Shown: one piece after another, positions 24,681-34,166 of the stretch
Layout: every line of letters starts with the position of its first letter
Numbering within the stretch: position 1 is the first letter of the stretch
Source of the DNA: Deferrisomatales bacterium
GTDB lineage: Bacteria; Desulfobacterota; Deferrisomatia; Deferrisomatales; JACRMM01
Direction: 5' to 3'
DNA: 64,000 nucleotides
NCBI GenBank assembly: GCA_033551855.1
Contig: JAWSUI010000007.1
Location: forward strand, 1 to 64,000
Made by a program: the position numbers and the translations under genes
Notes under the pieces: generated by a model
What the model saw: the letters and a program-made list of their open reading frames with translations, nothing else
The model's database searches: none
What the model was told of the DNA's origin: nothing

Positions 24681-27161
24681 TCAGGCTCCCTCGGGCCCCG
24701 GGGGCATGGGCGGGGGCTGGTCGCCGCCCGCTTCCCGCTCCACCTCTTTCACCCTCTCTTTCTCCTTGCCCCCGTTGCGCTCCCGCAGGCTCTCGTCGAG
24801 CCGCGCCAGGGCCGCGTCCACCAAGCCCATCACAGTGCCCTCCTCCCCGGGCGCCCCGGCGGGCATGCCGGTGAGAACCTCCATGCCCTGCTCCACGCGG
24901 GCCACCGGGTAGAGGTGGAACTCCCCCCGTCCCACCGCCTCGACCACCTCGGGGTGCAGGACCAGGTGCCGCACGTTGGCCTCGGGGATCAGGACGCCCT
25001 GGCGGCCGTTGAGGCCCACCGCGCGGCAGACCCGAAAGAAGCCCTCTACCTTCTCGTTCACGCCCCCGATGGCCTGGATCTCCCCCATCTGGTTGACCGA
25101 GCCGGTGACCGCGATGTCCTGGCGCAGGGGGATCTCGCCCAGGCGGGACAGGAGCGCGTAGAGCTCGGTGGAAGAGGCGCTGTCGCCGTCGATCCCGGAG
25201 TAGGACTGCTCGAACGCCAGGGAGGCGGAGAACGAAAGCGGGCGCGAACGGCCGAAGGTGTTGCGCAGGTAGCCCGACAGGATCAGGACCCCCTTGTCGT
25301 GGGTGGCCCCCGACAGGCGCGCCTCCCGCTCGATGTTGAGGATGCCGCTGCTCCCGAGCCCCAGGCTCGCGGTCACCCGGGAGGGGCGCCCGAAGGCGTA
25401 CTCCCCCATGGACAACACGGCCAGCCCGTTGACCTGGCCCACCTTGGCGCCCTCCACGTCCACGAGGAGGGTTCCCTCCCGGATGAGCTGCCGCACCTTC
25501 TCCTCGACCCGGTTCCAGCGGAACTGCCGATCGTCCAGGGCTCTGCGCACGTGCTCCGCTCGAACCCGATCGGCCCCGTCCTCCCAGGCGAAGAAGGCCG
25601 CCTCCCGCACCAGGTCGTCGAGTTGCTCCAGGAGCGCGACGAGCTTCTCCTTGTGTTCCACCTGCCGGGAGCCGAAGCGCACCACCTCCGCCACGGCCTC
25701 CCGGTCGAAGGGCGGGAGCCCCTCCGCGCTGGCCAGGTGGGCAATGCGCTGGGCATAGGCGAGCACGCCGTCCCCGTCCCGGTCCGTTTCGTAGTCGAAG
25801 TCCGCGACCACCTTGAAGTACTCGGCGAAGTCCGGGTCCCAGTAGCGCAGGACGTGGAACAGGAGGCGGCTCCCGTAGACCACGAGGCGCGTGTTCACCG
25901 GCACCGGCTCGGGCAGGAGGCCCGCCACTTGCAGGAAGCTCAGGGGCTGGTAGCTCTCGATCTCCACGAGACCGCTTCGGAGCACCCGTTTGAGGCTCTT
26001 CCAGACGAAGGGCTCGGTGATGGCGTCCTCGAGGTTGAAGATGAGGTAGCCCCCGGAGGCCCGCATCAGGGCGCCCGACTTGATCCGGGTGAAGTTGGTC
26101 ACCAGCTTGCCCGTCTCGTCCACCACCTTCTCGATGGCGCCGAACAGGTTCCGGTACGTCGGGCTCTCCTCCACCAGCAGAGGGGGCTTCCCGTCGTCCG
26201 AGTTGTCCACCAGCACGTTCACCCGGTACTCCAGGAAGCGGTCCCCGTCGCCGGCCCGCAGGAAGGGCATGGGGAACGGCAGGGAGGGCTGCTCCCCGCC
26301 TTCCTTGAACTTCTCCAGGTTCTCCAGGGTGTGGTCTCGCAGAGCGGCCAGGTACTCCGCCACCCGGGGGTTCTCGTAGCGCTTGCCGATGTCCTCCAGC
26401 AGGGGGTCCACGATGCGGCCGGCGTAGACCTTCACGATCTGCTCCACTTCCCGGCCCATCTCCTCCATGAGAGCCTTCTGCTTCTTGAACATCTCGCGGG
26501 CCTCCCGGCCCAGGCTCTCCTGGTTCTCGCCCAACCGGCGCTTCTCCTCGTCGGCCAGAGCCTCGAACTGGGCAGGCTCTTCGATCGGCTTGCCGTCGAT
26601 CATGGGGATGAACATGAGCTGGCCCTGGCCGGGGGAGTGCACGTGGAGGCTCTTCTCCTGGGCGGAGGCCTCGAACTGCTCCTTGAGGGCCTTGCTCTGG
26701 GCGTCGTACTTCCGGGAAAGGGCCTCCTTTTCGTTCTCGAAGGTCTCCTGGCGGAACGCCTCGGGGATCTTGCGCTTGAGGGTCTCCACCAGACGGTCCA
26801 TCTCCCTCCGGAGCTCGCAAGCCTGGCCGGCTTCGAGCCGCACCGCCCGAGGCCGGTCGGGGTCCCGGAAGTTGAAGAGGTAGATCCAGTCCGACGGGGG
26901 CGGCAACTCCGGCGAGGCCTCGGCCACGAACTGCCGGAGCATGGCCTCCTTGCGGTTCCCGGTGAGCCCGGCGACGTACACGTTGTACCCCGGCGCCCGC
27001 ATCCGCACCCCCAGGCGGATCGACCGCAGGGCACGCTCCTGGCCCAGGGGGTTCCCCAGGGGTTCCACGTCCGCGGTGGTCTCGAAGGGAAACGCCGCGG
27101 TGTCGATGACGGGGCCCAGGTCGGCAGGACCGAGCTCCCGGGGAGCTCTCGTCTGGCTCAT
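24681..27161 (-). CDS. LonC-like S16 protease with AAA-like domain
   Basis: LGQERA, GALMRASGGYL, FEQSYSGIDGDSAS, TGSVNQMGEIQAIGGVNEKVEGF; ATGA overlap with the hsp20 stop. Confidence 0.9.
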   Translation of the reverse strand: MSQTRAPRELGPADLGPVIDTAAFPFETTADVEPLGNPLGQERALRSIRLGVRMRAPGYNVYVAGLTGNRKEAMLRQFVAEASPELPPPSDWIYLFNFRDPDRPRAVRLEAGQACELRREMDRLVETLKRKIPEAFRQETFENEKEALSRKYDAQSKALKEQFEASAQEKSLHVHSPGQGQLMFIPMIDGKPIEEPAQFEALADEEKRRLGENQESLGREAREMFKKQKALMEEMGREVEQIVKVYAGRIVDPLLEDIGKRYENPRVAEYLAALRDHTLENLEKFKEGGEQPSLPFPMPFLRAGDGDRFLEYRVNVLVDNSDDGKPPLLVEESPTYRNLFGAIEKVVDETGKLVTNFTRIKSGALMRASGGYLIFNLEDAITEPFVWKSLKRVLRSGLVEIESYQPLSFLQVAGLLPEPVPVNTRLVVYGSRLLFHVLRYWDPDFAEYFKVVADFDYETDRDGDGVLAYAQRIAHLASAEGLPPFDREAVAEVVRFGSRQVEHKEKLVALLEQLDDLVREAAFFAWEDGADRVRAEHVRRALDDRQFRWNRVEEKVRQLIREGTLLVDVEGAKVGQVNGLAVLSMGEYAFGRPSRVTASLGLGSSGILNIEREARLSGATHDKGVLILSGYLRNTFGRSRPLSFSASLAFEQSYSGIDGDSASSTELYALLSRLGEIPLRQDIAVTGSVNQMGEIQAIGGVNEKVEGFFRVCRAVGLNGRQGVLIPEANVRHLVLHPEVVEAVGRGEFHLYPVARVEQGMEVLTGMPAGAPGEEGTVMGLVDAALARLDESLRERNGGKEKERVKEVEREAGGDQPPPMPPGPEGA

Positions 27162-27565
27162 CTCTCGCTCCTGTTCTCCCTCCTCGGGATCTCCAGGGTC
27201 AGCACCCCCTCCTCCAGCCGAGCGTGAATTCCCCCCGGGTCCGCATCCGCCGGGAGTTGGAACGTCCGCACGAAGCGCCCGCACGTGCGCTCCATCACGT
27301 GGTGGTACTCCGTATCCCTGCGGCGGGCCTTCTGCCGCACCCCCTCCACCCGCAGGGTTCTCCCTTCGGCCGTGATCGAGAGATCTGCCGTCCGGACCCC
27401 CGGGAGATCGAGCTCGATGGCGTACCGGTCCGGCGCCTCCACGACGTCGCACGCCGGTTTCCAGGGGGTGGCCTCCCGGCACCCTCCCCAGGCAGTGTGC
27501 ACCAGGGTGTCGAAGAGGCGGTCGATCTCGTGGCGAAAAGAGGGGAGGAAGGGTTCTCGCGACAT
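27158..27565 (-). CDS. Hsp20/alpha-crystallin small heat-shock protein
   Basis: WKPACDVVE, LDLPGV, ERTCGRFVRTFQLP, ARLEEGVLTLEIP. Confidence 0.92.
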   Translation of the reverse strand: MSREPFLPSFRHEIDRLFDTLVHTAWGGCREATPWKPACDVVEAPDRYAIELDLPGVRTADLSITAEGRTLRVEGVRQKARRRDTEYHHVMERTCGRFVRTFQLPADADPGGIHARLEEGVLTLEIPRRENRSER

Positions 27566-27839
27566 GGCTCGCTCCGCTTGTCGGGTCCCCCCGAGGGCTA
27601 CCCCGCAAGGCTACCAGGGGCCCGATGACCGGTCAAAGTGCCGCGCGCCGGCGCGAACGGGTGACATCGGCCCAGCGGGTATCCGGGTGCTCGGCCCTCC
27701 CGGATGGACGCAGAGGGCGCGGCGCAGTGCAAGGACGCACCGTCCTCCGACGCCGGGAGTCCAGCGCCTGAGCGACCCGGAAGGGCTTGCCGCGGCGGGG
27801 CGGCATTGAGTACCCTCGATCGATGGCCGAGGGAACACG

Positions 27840-29222
27840 ATGAGCGCATGGGAGGTCTGGGGACTCGTCGTCCAGTATCTGGGCAACGTCCTCTCGGTCG
27901 TACTGATCCTGGCCATCTTGTCGGGGCGCAAGGAGGCCCGTGCCACCCTGGGTTGGGTGATCCTCGTCGTGTTCCTGCCGTACTTCGGCGCGGTGGCCTA
28001 CCTGGTGTTCGGCCGCCGCATGCCCATCCACCTCCCCCCGGAGCCCTCCGACACCCCCGTCTGCCCTCTCCCGCCCGAGGGGCTGAGCGAGCCCATGGAA
28101 CGCACGGCCAAGCTGACCTCGCTCGCTCCGGCCCGGTGCCGCCGCCTGGAGCTGTTGCCCGACGCCTCGGAGAAGTACCGCCGCCTTGTGGCGGACATCG
28201 CTGCGGCCAAAGAGCGGGTGTACCTGTGCTACTACGTCTTTCGCCGCGACCGCTCCGGCCGGCGGCTCCTGGAGGCCCTGGCTCAACAGGCCGCGAAGGG
28301 GGTGGACGTGCGCCTTCTGTACGACGGCTGGGGGGCGTTCGGTTTGGAGCTGCCCGGGTTTCTCGCCCCATACCGCCGACAGGGGGTGCAGGCGCGGGCC
28401 TTCCACCCGGTGACCGACCCCCTCCAGATGTCCCGTATCAACTTTCGCAACCACCGGAAGATCGCGGTGATCGACGGGGCGGTGGGCTACACGGGCTCGA
28501 CCAACGTGGGGGATGAATACTTGGGACTCAACCCCCGCTTCGGCCCATGGAAGGACGTGCACCTGCGGCTCGAGGGCGCGGCGGCCGGCGCGTTGGAGCA
28601 GGTCTTCCGCGAGGACTGGCGGATCGCCACCGGCGAAGCCCTGGCCCCGACCCCGACCCCTGCGGACCCGGGAGACACCTGGGTGCAGGTCATCCCCTCG
28701 GGCCCCAACCAGCGCCACGACAACCTCCTGCCCTTGCTCTTCGCCCAGTTCGCGGCGGCCCGGGAGACCCTCGATCTGCTCACCCCCTACCTGGTGCCGG
28801 ACTACGGCCTCGTCGCGGCCCTGCGCATCGCCGCCCGCCAGGGCGTGCGGGTGAGGATCATCGTGCCGGGGAAGAGCAACCACCCCATGGTGGCCGCAGC
28901 CGGGAGATCGTACTACGATGAGCTCCTGGAGGGCGGGGTGGAGTTGTACGAGACCCGCCGAGGGATGCTCCACGCCAAGGGAGTGCTCGTAGACGGTCGT
29001 TGGGCGATGGTGGGCTCCGCCAACCTGGACAACCGGTCCTTCCACCTGAACTTCGAGCTCAACCTTGCCACGTCCGATCCCTCCTTCTGCGGCGCCCTGG
29101 GGCACCTCGTCGACACCTGGCTCGGCGAGGCCGTGCCGGTTACCGCCGAGGAGTTGGGCCGGAGGTCCCTGCCACGCCGCCTCCTGGAGGGAGCGTGCCG
29201 AACCCTTTCGCCCGTGCTGTGA
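27840..29222 (+). CDS. cls: Cardiolipin synthase
   Basis: Two N-terminal TMs and two HKD motifs (RNHRKIAVIDG, LHAKGVLVDG). Confidence 0.92.
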   Translation: MSAWEVWGLVVQYLGNVLSVVLILAILSGRKEARATLGWVILVVFLPYFGAVAYLVFGRRMPIHLPPEPSDTPVCPLPPEGLSEPMERTAKLTSLAPARCRRLELLPDASEKYRRLVADIAAAKERVYLCYYVFRRDRSGRRLLEALAQQAAKGVDVRLLYDGWGAFGLELPGFLAPYRRQGVQARAFHPVTDPLQMSRINFRNHRKIAVIDGAVGYTGSTNVGDEYLGLNPRFGPWKDVHLRLEGAAAGALEQVFREDWRIATGEALAPTPTPADPGDTWVQVIPSGPNQRHDNLLPLLFAQFAAARETLDLLTPYLVPDYGLVAALRIAARQGVRVRIIVPGKSNHPMVAAAGRSYYDELLEGGVELYETRRGMLHAKGVLVDGRWAMVGSANLDNRSFHLNFELNLATSDPSFCGALGHLVDTWLGEAVPVTAEELGRRSLPRRLLEGACRTLSPVL

Positions 29223-29269
29223 ACCCAACCCGGAAGCCGCAACGCCAACCCGACGCGGAGGAAGTCACC

Positions 29270-30076
29270 ATGCCCCTAGTCCTTGCAGCCCTCGCCGCCG
29301 CGTGTCTCCTCTTCGCAACCCACGTGCCCGGGGCCCTGGCCTTCCCGGAGACCCAGGGCTCCTCCCGCAAGTGCACCGACTGCCACAATTTGACGACCCA
29401 GGAGGCCGCCGAGCTCTTGCGTCCCCTGGTGGACGCGGTGCTGGACGTGCGACCGAGCCGGCTTCCCGGCTTCTGGGACGTCGACGTGGAGCGGCAGGGG
29501 CAAAAACTCCCCGTCTCCCTCGACTACGGCAGGCGGTTCCTGGTCACGGGCGACGTCATCGATCTGCAGACCATGGAGAGCGTGACCCGCGAACGGATGG
29601 TGGACCTCCATCGGGTCGACGTCTCCCGCATCCCCCTGGATGACGCCATCGTGATCGGCGACCCCAAGGCGCCTGTGAAGATCGTGGTGTTCGACGACCC
29701 CGAGTGCCCCTTCTGCCAGAAGATCCACCCGGAGATGAAGAAGGCGGCGGCGCAGAGGCCCGAGGTGGCGTTCTTCATCAAGATGTTCCCGCTCAAGATG
29801 CACCCGGACGCCGCCCGCAAGGCCCGGTCGATCATCTGCTCCGGGTCGGCCCAGATGCTCGAGGACAGCCTGGCCGGCCGGCCGATCCCCGACCCGACCT
29901 GCGAGACGGACCAGGTGGAGAAGAACGAGGCCCTGGCCCGGGAGTTGGGCATCTCGTCCACGCCGACCCTGGTGTTTCCGGACGGCCGCGTGCTGCCCGG
30001 CTACAAGACCGCGGAACGGATCCTGGCCCTCCTGGACGGGGGACAGCGCGACGCTCCGCACAAGACCGGGAGGTAG
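29270..30076 (+). CDS. DsbC-like thiol:disulfide isomerase with N-terminal CXXCH
   Basis: Signal peptide, CTDCH, DPECPFC, STPTLVFPDG. Confidence 0.85.
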   Translation: MPLVLAALAAACLLFATHVPGALAFPETQGSSRKCTDCHNLTTQEAAELLRPLVDAVLDVRPSRLPGFWDVDVERQGQKLPVSLDYGRRFLVTGDVIDLQTMESVTRERMVDLHRVDVSRIPLDDAIVIGDPKAPVKIVVFDDPECPFCQKIHPEMKKAAAQRPEVAFFIKMFPLKMHPDAARKARSIICSGSAQMLEDSLAGRPIPDPTCETDQVEKNEALARELGISSTPTLVFPDGRVLPGYKTAERILALLDGGQRDAPHKTGR

Positions 30077-30127
30077 GGGCATCGCTCGAGCCCGGCGGCT
30101 GGGACCGTACACAGAGGGAGGGCTAGC

Positions 30128-30868
30128 GTGGTGCAAAGGCAGCTTGTGACGGCGGTGGCTTGTTGCGCCCTCCTGGCCTCCGCCGCCTCGGCCAGTATCT
30201 GGGACACCCTGAAGCAGGCGGTTGGAGGCCTTGGGGGCCAGAGCGGCGCGCCGGGCCCGACAGGTCTGACCTCGGAAGAGGTGGCCGCAGGACTGCGAGA
30301 AGCGCTCCGGGTGGGAGCCGAGCGGGCCGTGGGCCTCGCTTCCCGGCCTGGGGGGTTCCTCGACGACCCGTCCATCCGGATCCCGCTCCCGGACCGGCTC
30401 CAGACCGTCGGCCGGATGCTGCGCAGCCTCGGCATGGGCTCCGAGGTCGATGCCTTCGAGGAAACCCTCAACCGCGCCGCCGAGCGGGCCGCCGGCAAGG
30501 CACTGCCGATCTTCGGCGACGCGGTGTCGGCCCTGACATTCGAGGACGTGCACCGGATCTGGAGGGGTGAGGACGACGCGGCCACCCAGCACTTGGACCG
30601 GACCACCCGCCCGCGCCTTGCCGCCGAGTTCGAGCCGGTCGTGCGCGCAGCGGCCCAGGAGGTGGGCGTGACCCAGGCCTATCAGGGCCTCACGCGCCGT
30701 CCCGAGGTCTCGGCCTTGGTGGCCGGGACCGACCTCGACCTGGATCACTACGTGACCGGCAGGGCCCTGGACGGCGTCTTCGCACTCCTGGCCGCGGAGG
30801 AGCGGAGAATCCGCACGGAGCCGGCGGCCCGGACCACTGAGCTTCTGAGGAAGATCTTCCAGCGGTAG
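30128..30868 (+). CDS. DUF4197-family exported protein
   Basis: Signal peptide; GLREAL.VG, LNRAAE, ALDGVF..LAAEE..IR..PAARTT.LL. Confidence 0.82.
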   Translation: MVQRQLVTAVACCALLASAASASIWDTLKQAVGGLGGQSGAPGPTGLTSEEVAAGLREALRVGAERAVGLASRPGGFLDDPSIRIPLPDRLQTVGRMLRSLGMGSEVDAFEETLNRAAERAAGKALPIFGDAVSALTFEDVHRIWRGEDDAATQHLDRTTRPRLAAEFEPVVRAAAQEVGVTQAYQGLTRRPEVSALVAGTDLDLDHYVTGRALDGVFALLAAEERRIRTEPAARTTELLRKIFQR

Positions 30869-31010
30869 CGGGAAGGTCCGCCGCCCCGCCGCTTCCAGGG
30901 CCCCACGACCCTTCCTCGTGTTCGGGCCTCGTCCCCTCGGCGGACCGGGCGGGACCCCGCCCCCGGCGGCGCCTCCCGGAGCGCCGCTGCGACGCCTCGA
31001 GGTGAGACCC

Positions 31011-33224
31011 ATGCCGCACGCTCTTTCCCGCTGGTTCGCAGACCGACCCATCCGCCAGAAGCTGTTTCTCGTTTACGCCGGAGCGTTCTCCCTGCTGCTA
31101 GCCGCCGGGGGGGCGCTCACCTACTCCCTGGTCCGTACCTCCCTGGAGGAGAGCATCGAGAGCGAGCTGCAGGATTCCACCTCTGCCATCCTCAACCTGG
31201 TCAAGACATCCGTGCGCGGCTCCATTCGAAACTACCTCCGGGCCGTGGCCGACCGGAATCTGGAGCTCGCGGGGCACTTCCACGACCGCTACCACAGCGG
31301 CGAGCTCACGGAGGAGCAGGCGCAGCAGGCCGCGGCCGCTGTGATGCTCGCCCAGCGCATCGGAAGGACCGGTTACCTGTGTGTCCTCGACAGCGCGGGC
31401 CGCATGCTCATCCACCCGAGCCCGGGGGTGGTCTTCCGCGACCTTTCCGAGTACGCCTTCGTCCGGGAGCTGAGCACCCGCCGGGATGGGTACATGGAGT
31501 ACGAGTGGCAGAACCCGGGCGAGCCGGGGCCCCGACCCAAGGCCATGTACATGGCCTATTTCGAGCCCTGGGACTGGATCATCCTGGCCGCTGCCTACCG
31601 GGACGAGTTCCCCGAGCTCCTCCAGGTGGAGGACTTTCGGGACGCGGTCCTGTCCCTGAAGTTCGGGCAGAGCGGGTACTCCTACGTCGTGGACCTGGAG
31701 GGCACCGTGGTGCTGCACCCCTCCCTCCAGGGGGAGAACATCTTCGACCAGCAGGACCTGCCGACGGCCTTCTTCGACGAGATGAGGCGAGACCGGTCGG
31801 GAAGGGTCCTGTACTCCTGGCGGAACCCGGGGGAGCCCGCTTCTCGGAAGAAGCTGGTCATCTACGACACCATCCCCGAGACGGGCTGGATCGTCGCGTC
31901 CTCGGGCTACCTGGAGGAGATCTACGCGCCCCTGCGCACCGTGCGCACCCTGTTCCTGGTGGCCGCCCTGGGCTTCACGGTCCTGCTGCTGCCGCTCACC
32001 CTGCGGCTGAGCGCCTCCATCGCGAGCCCCTTGCGGGAGCTCATGACCCAGCTCAACCGGGGCGCCTCCGGGGACTTCTCCCTCCGGATGAGGCCCCGCA
32101 GTCGGGACGAGGTTGGCCAGCTTGCCGCCTATTTCAACTCCTTCATGGAACGGCTCGACGCCTACGGCAGGAGCCTTCGGGAAGAGATCGCCGAGAGGCG
32201 CCAGGCCGAGGAGGCCCTTCGCCGCTCCGAGGAGATGTTCTCCAAGGCGTTTCGCTCCAGCCCTGACGGCATCGCCATCCTCACCCTGGAGGACCGCCGT
32301 TTCCTGGACGTGAACGGGGCCTTCGTCCGCGTGACGGAACACGGGGCCCAAGAGGTCGCCGGCAGGACTTTGGAGGAGATCGGCTTCTTCGCAGAGCCGG
32401 CCGAGGGGGAGCAGCTCCTGGGGGAGCTCGAGCGGCAGGGGCACCTCAGGGGGCAGGAGGTCGCCTTCTTCACCCGATCGGGGGAGCGCCGCCTCGGCCT
32501 CATCTCCGCCGAGGTCATCGAGATCTGGGACCAGCCCCGGGTGTTGGCCACGGTCCAGGACGTGACCGAGTGGCGCCGCCTGGAGCGGGAGGTGATCGAG
32601 ACGGGAGACCGGGAGAGGACCAAGGTCGGCCAACAACTACACGACGACCTCGCGCCCCACCTGATCGGCATCAACGCCCTCGCGATGGTTCTGGCCAGGA
32701 AACTGCCGCCGGGCGGGGAGGAGGCCGCGTTTTCTGCGGAGATCCAGGAGTTGATCGGCGAGGCGATTCGCAAGACCCGCAGCCTGGCCCGGGGCCTGTG
32801 CCCGCTCCACCTGATCGACCGGGGGCTCACCCTCGCCCTGGAGGAGCTGGCGGCCAACACCGAGGCGCTCCACGGCATCCCCTGCGAGCTCATGACTCCC
32901 GAGGAGGTGCTTCTCGCCGACCCCTCCGCGGCGACCCAGCTCTACTACATCGCGGCAGAGGCGGTGCACAACGCGGTGAAACACGCCGAGGCAAGCCGGA
33001 TCACGATCGACGTGACCGAGGACGACGGCCGGATCCACCTCCGGGTCCGCGACGACGGCAAGGGCGTGGGCGACGAGGACCGGACGGACGGCATGGGCCT
33101 ACGCATCATGGAGTACCGGGCCCGGACCATCGGTACGGCCCTGACGTTTCACAGTCGGCCCGGGCAAGGGACGGAGGTATCGGTGGCCGTGCCCGGCCAC
33201 ACGGCCGGGGAGGAGGGGCGATGA
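31011..33224 (+). CDS. Cache-HAMP-PAS sensor histidine kinase (HisKA_3 type)
   Basis: Two TMs with Cache-like repeats, HAMP DEVGQLA, PAS, LHDDLAPHL, EAVHNAVKH, DDGKG, GMGL. Confidence 0.9.
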   Translation: MPHALSRWFADRPIRQKLFLVYAGAFSLLLAAGGALTYSLVRTSLEESIESELQDSTSAILNLVKTSVRGSIRNYLRAVADRNLELAGHFHDRYHSGELTEEQAQQAAAAVMLAQRIGRTGYLCVLDSAGRMLIHPSPGVVFRDLSEYAFVRELSTRRDGYMEYEWQNPGEPGPRPKAMYMAYFEPWDWIILAAAYRDEFPELLQVEDFRDAVLSLKFGQSGYSYVVDLEGTVVLHPSLQGENIFDQQDLPTAFFDEMRRDRSGRVLYSWRNPGEPASRKKLVIYDTIPETGWIVASSGYLEEIYAPLRTVRTLFLVAALGFTVLLLPLTLRLSASIASPLRELMTQLNRGASGDFSLRMRPRSRDEVGQLAAYFNSFMERLDAYGRSLREEIAERRQAEEALRRSEEMFSKAFRSSPDGIAILTLEDRRFLDVNGAFVRVTEHGAQEVAGRTLEEIGFFAEPAEGEQLLGELERQGHLRGQEVAFFTRSGERRLGLISAEVIEIWDQPRVLATVQDVTEWRRLEREVIETGDRERTKVGQQLHDDLAPHLIGINALAMVLARKLPPGGEEAAFSAEIQELIGEAIRKTRSLARGLCPLHLIDRGLTLALEELAANTEALHGIPCELMTPEEVLLADPSAATQLYYIAAEAVHNAVKHAEASRITIDVTEDDGRIHLRVRDDGKGVGDEDRTDGMGLRIMEYRARTIGTALTFHSRPGQGTEVSVAVPGHTAGEEGR

Positions 33225-33913
33225 CGAGGAGACGGGTTTTCCTGGTGGAGGATCACCCCGTGTTCCGCCGGGGGCTGCGAGAGATCATCGCCCAGGAGGA
33301 GGATCTGGAGGTCTGCGGGGAGGCCGACACCGTGACCAAGGCGTCCTGCGCCATCGCCCGGGACCAACCGGACCTGGTCATCGTGGACATCTGCCTCCAG
33401 GAACGCAGCGGCCTCGAGCTCATCAAGGAGCTCCGGGAGCGCCACCCGAAGCTTGTCGTGCTAGTGGTCTCCATGTACGACGAAAGCCTTTACGCGGAGC
33501 GCGCCCTCACCGCCGGGGCCCTGGGGTACGTGATGAAGCAGGAGGCCCCCGAGTCGATCGTCCGGGCGGCTCGATCCGTGCTGGAGGGCCGCCCTTATTT
33601 GAGCCAGAAGCTCACGGCCGCGCTGATCGGAAGGTTCGTGGGCGCGGGTACGCCCCAGGGACCCGCGCCCGAGGCGTCGCCCCACGAACGGCTTACGAGC
33701 CGGGAGCTCGAGGTGTTGCAGATGATCGGGCAGGGGCTGACCACGGGCGAGATCGCCGGCCGCCTCGCCATCAGCGTCAAGACCGTGGGCACCCACCGGG
33801 AAAAGCTCAAGGAGAAGCTCAACCTCAAGACCGCCAGCGAGCTGAACCGCTACGCCACCCTCTGGCACAACGCCGGGGGGGCCCGCCCCAAGGCCGATCC
33901 CTCGGATCGGTGA
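33221..33913 (+). CDS. NarL/LuxR-family response regulator
   Basis: LVEDHPV, IVDI, LTSRELEVLQMIGQGLTTGEIA. Confidence 0.93.
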   Translation: MTRRRVFLVEDHPVFRRGLREIIAQEEDLEVCGEADTVTKASCAIARDQPDLVIVDICLQERSGLELIKELRERHPKLVVLVVSMYDESLYAERALTAGALGYVMKQEAPESIVRAARSVLEGRPYLSQKLTAALIGRFVGAGTPQGPAPEASPHERLTSRELEVLQMIGQGLTTGEIAGRLAISVKTVGTHREKLKEKLNLKTASELNRYATLWHNAGGARPKADPSDR

Positions 33914-34166
33914 TTCACCTACCCCAGCATCCTCCCTCCGCTGAGCGTACAAACGGGGCGGCGCCGATTGTGGCAGCCGCCCCCGGCGCCTAACATCCCA
34001 AACACAGCAAATGGCGTTCTGAAAACTCGGCGAAGGCCGGGCGGACGGTACGCCTGCCCCCGGGACTTTCCGGAGCAGTTTCCCCAAGGGGGGCTGCGAA
34101 GACCCGGCCCCACCCAGCAGCGCCCTGCGAGCGGCAACAGCGTCTCCACAACAGGAGGGAACGAGG

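Noticed and set aside
30872..30885. 14-nt match (GAAGGTCCGCCGCC) to the spacer at 688-722, possible self-targeting
   Set aside because: Only 14 of 35 nt, flanks do not match, and such a match is plausible by chance at this GC content.
34022..34075. GEMM-I (c-di-GMP/cGAMP) riboswitch-like AAAC-stem-GGACGG upstream of the CoA ligase
   Set aside because: The loop is not GNRA, spacing is off, and the second-stem consensus is absent; an Rfam scan would settle it.
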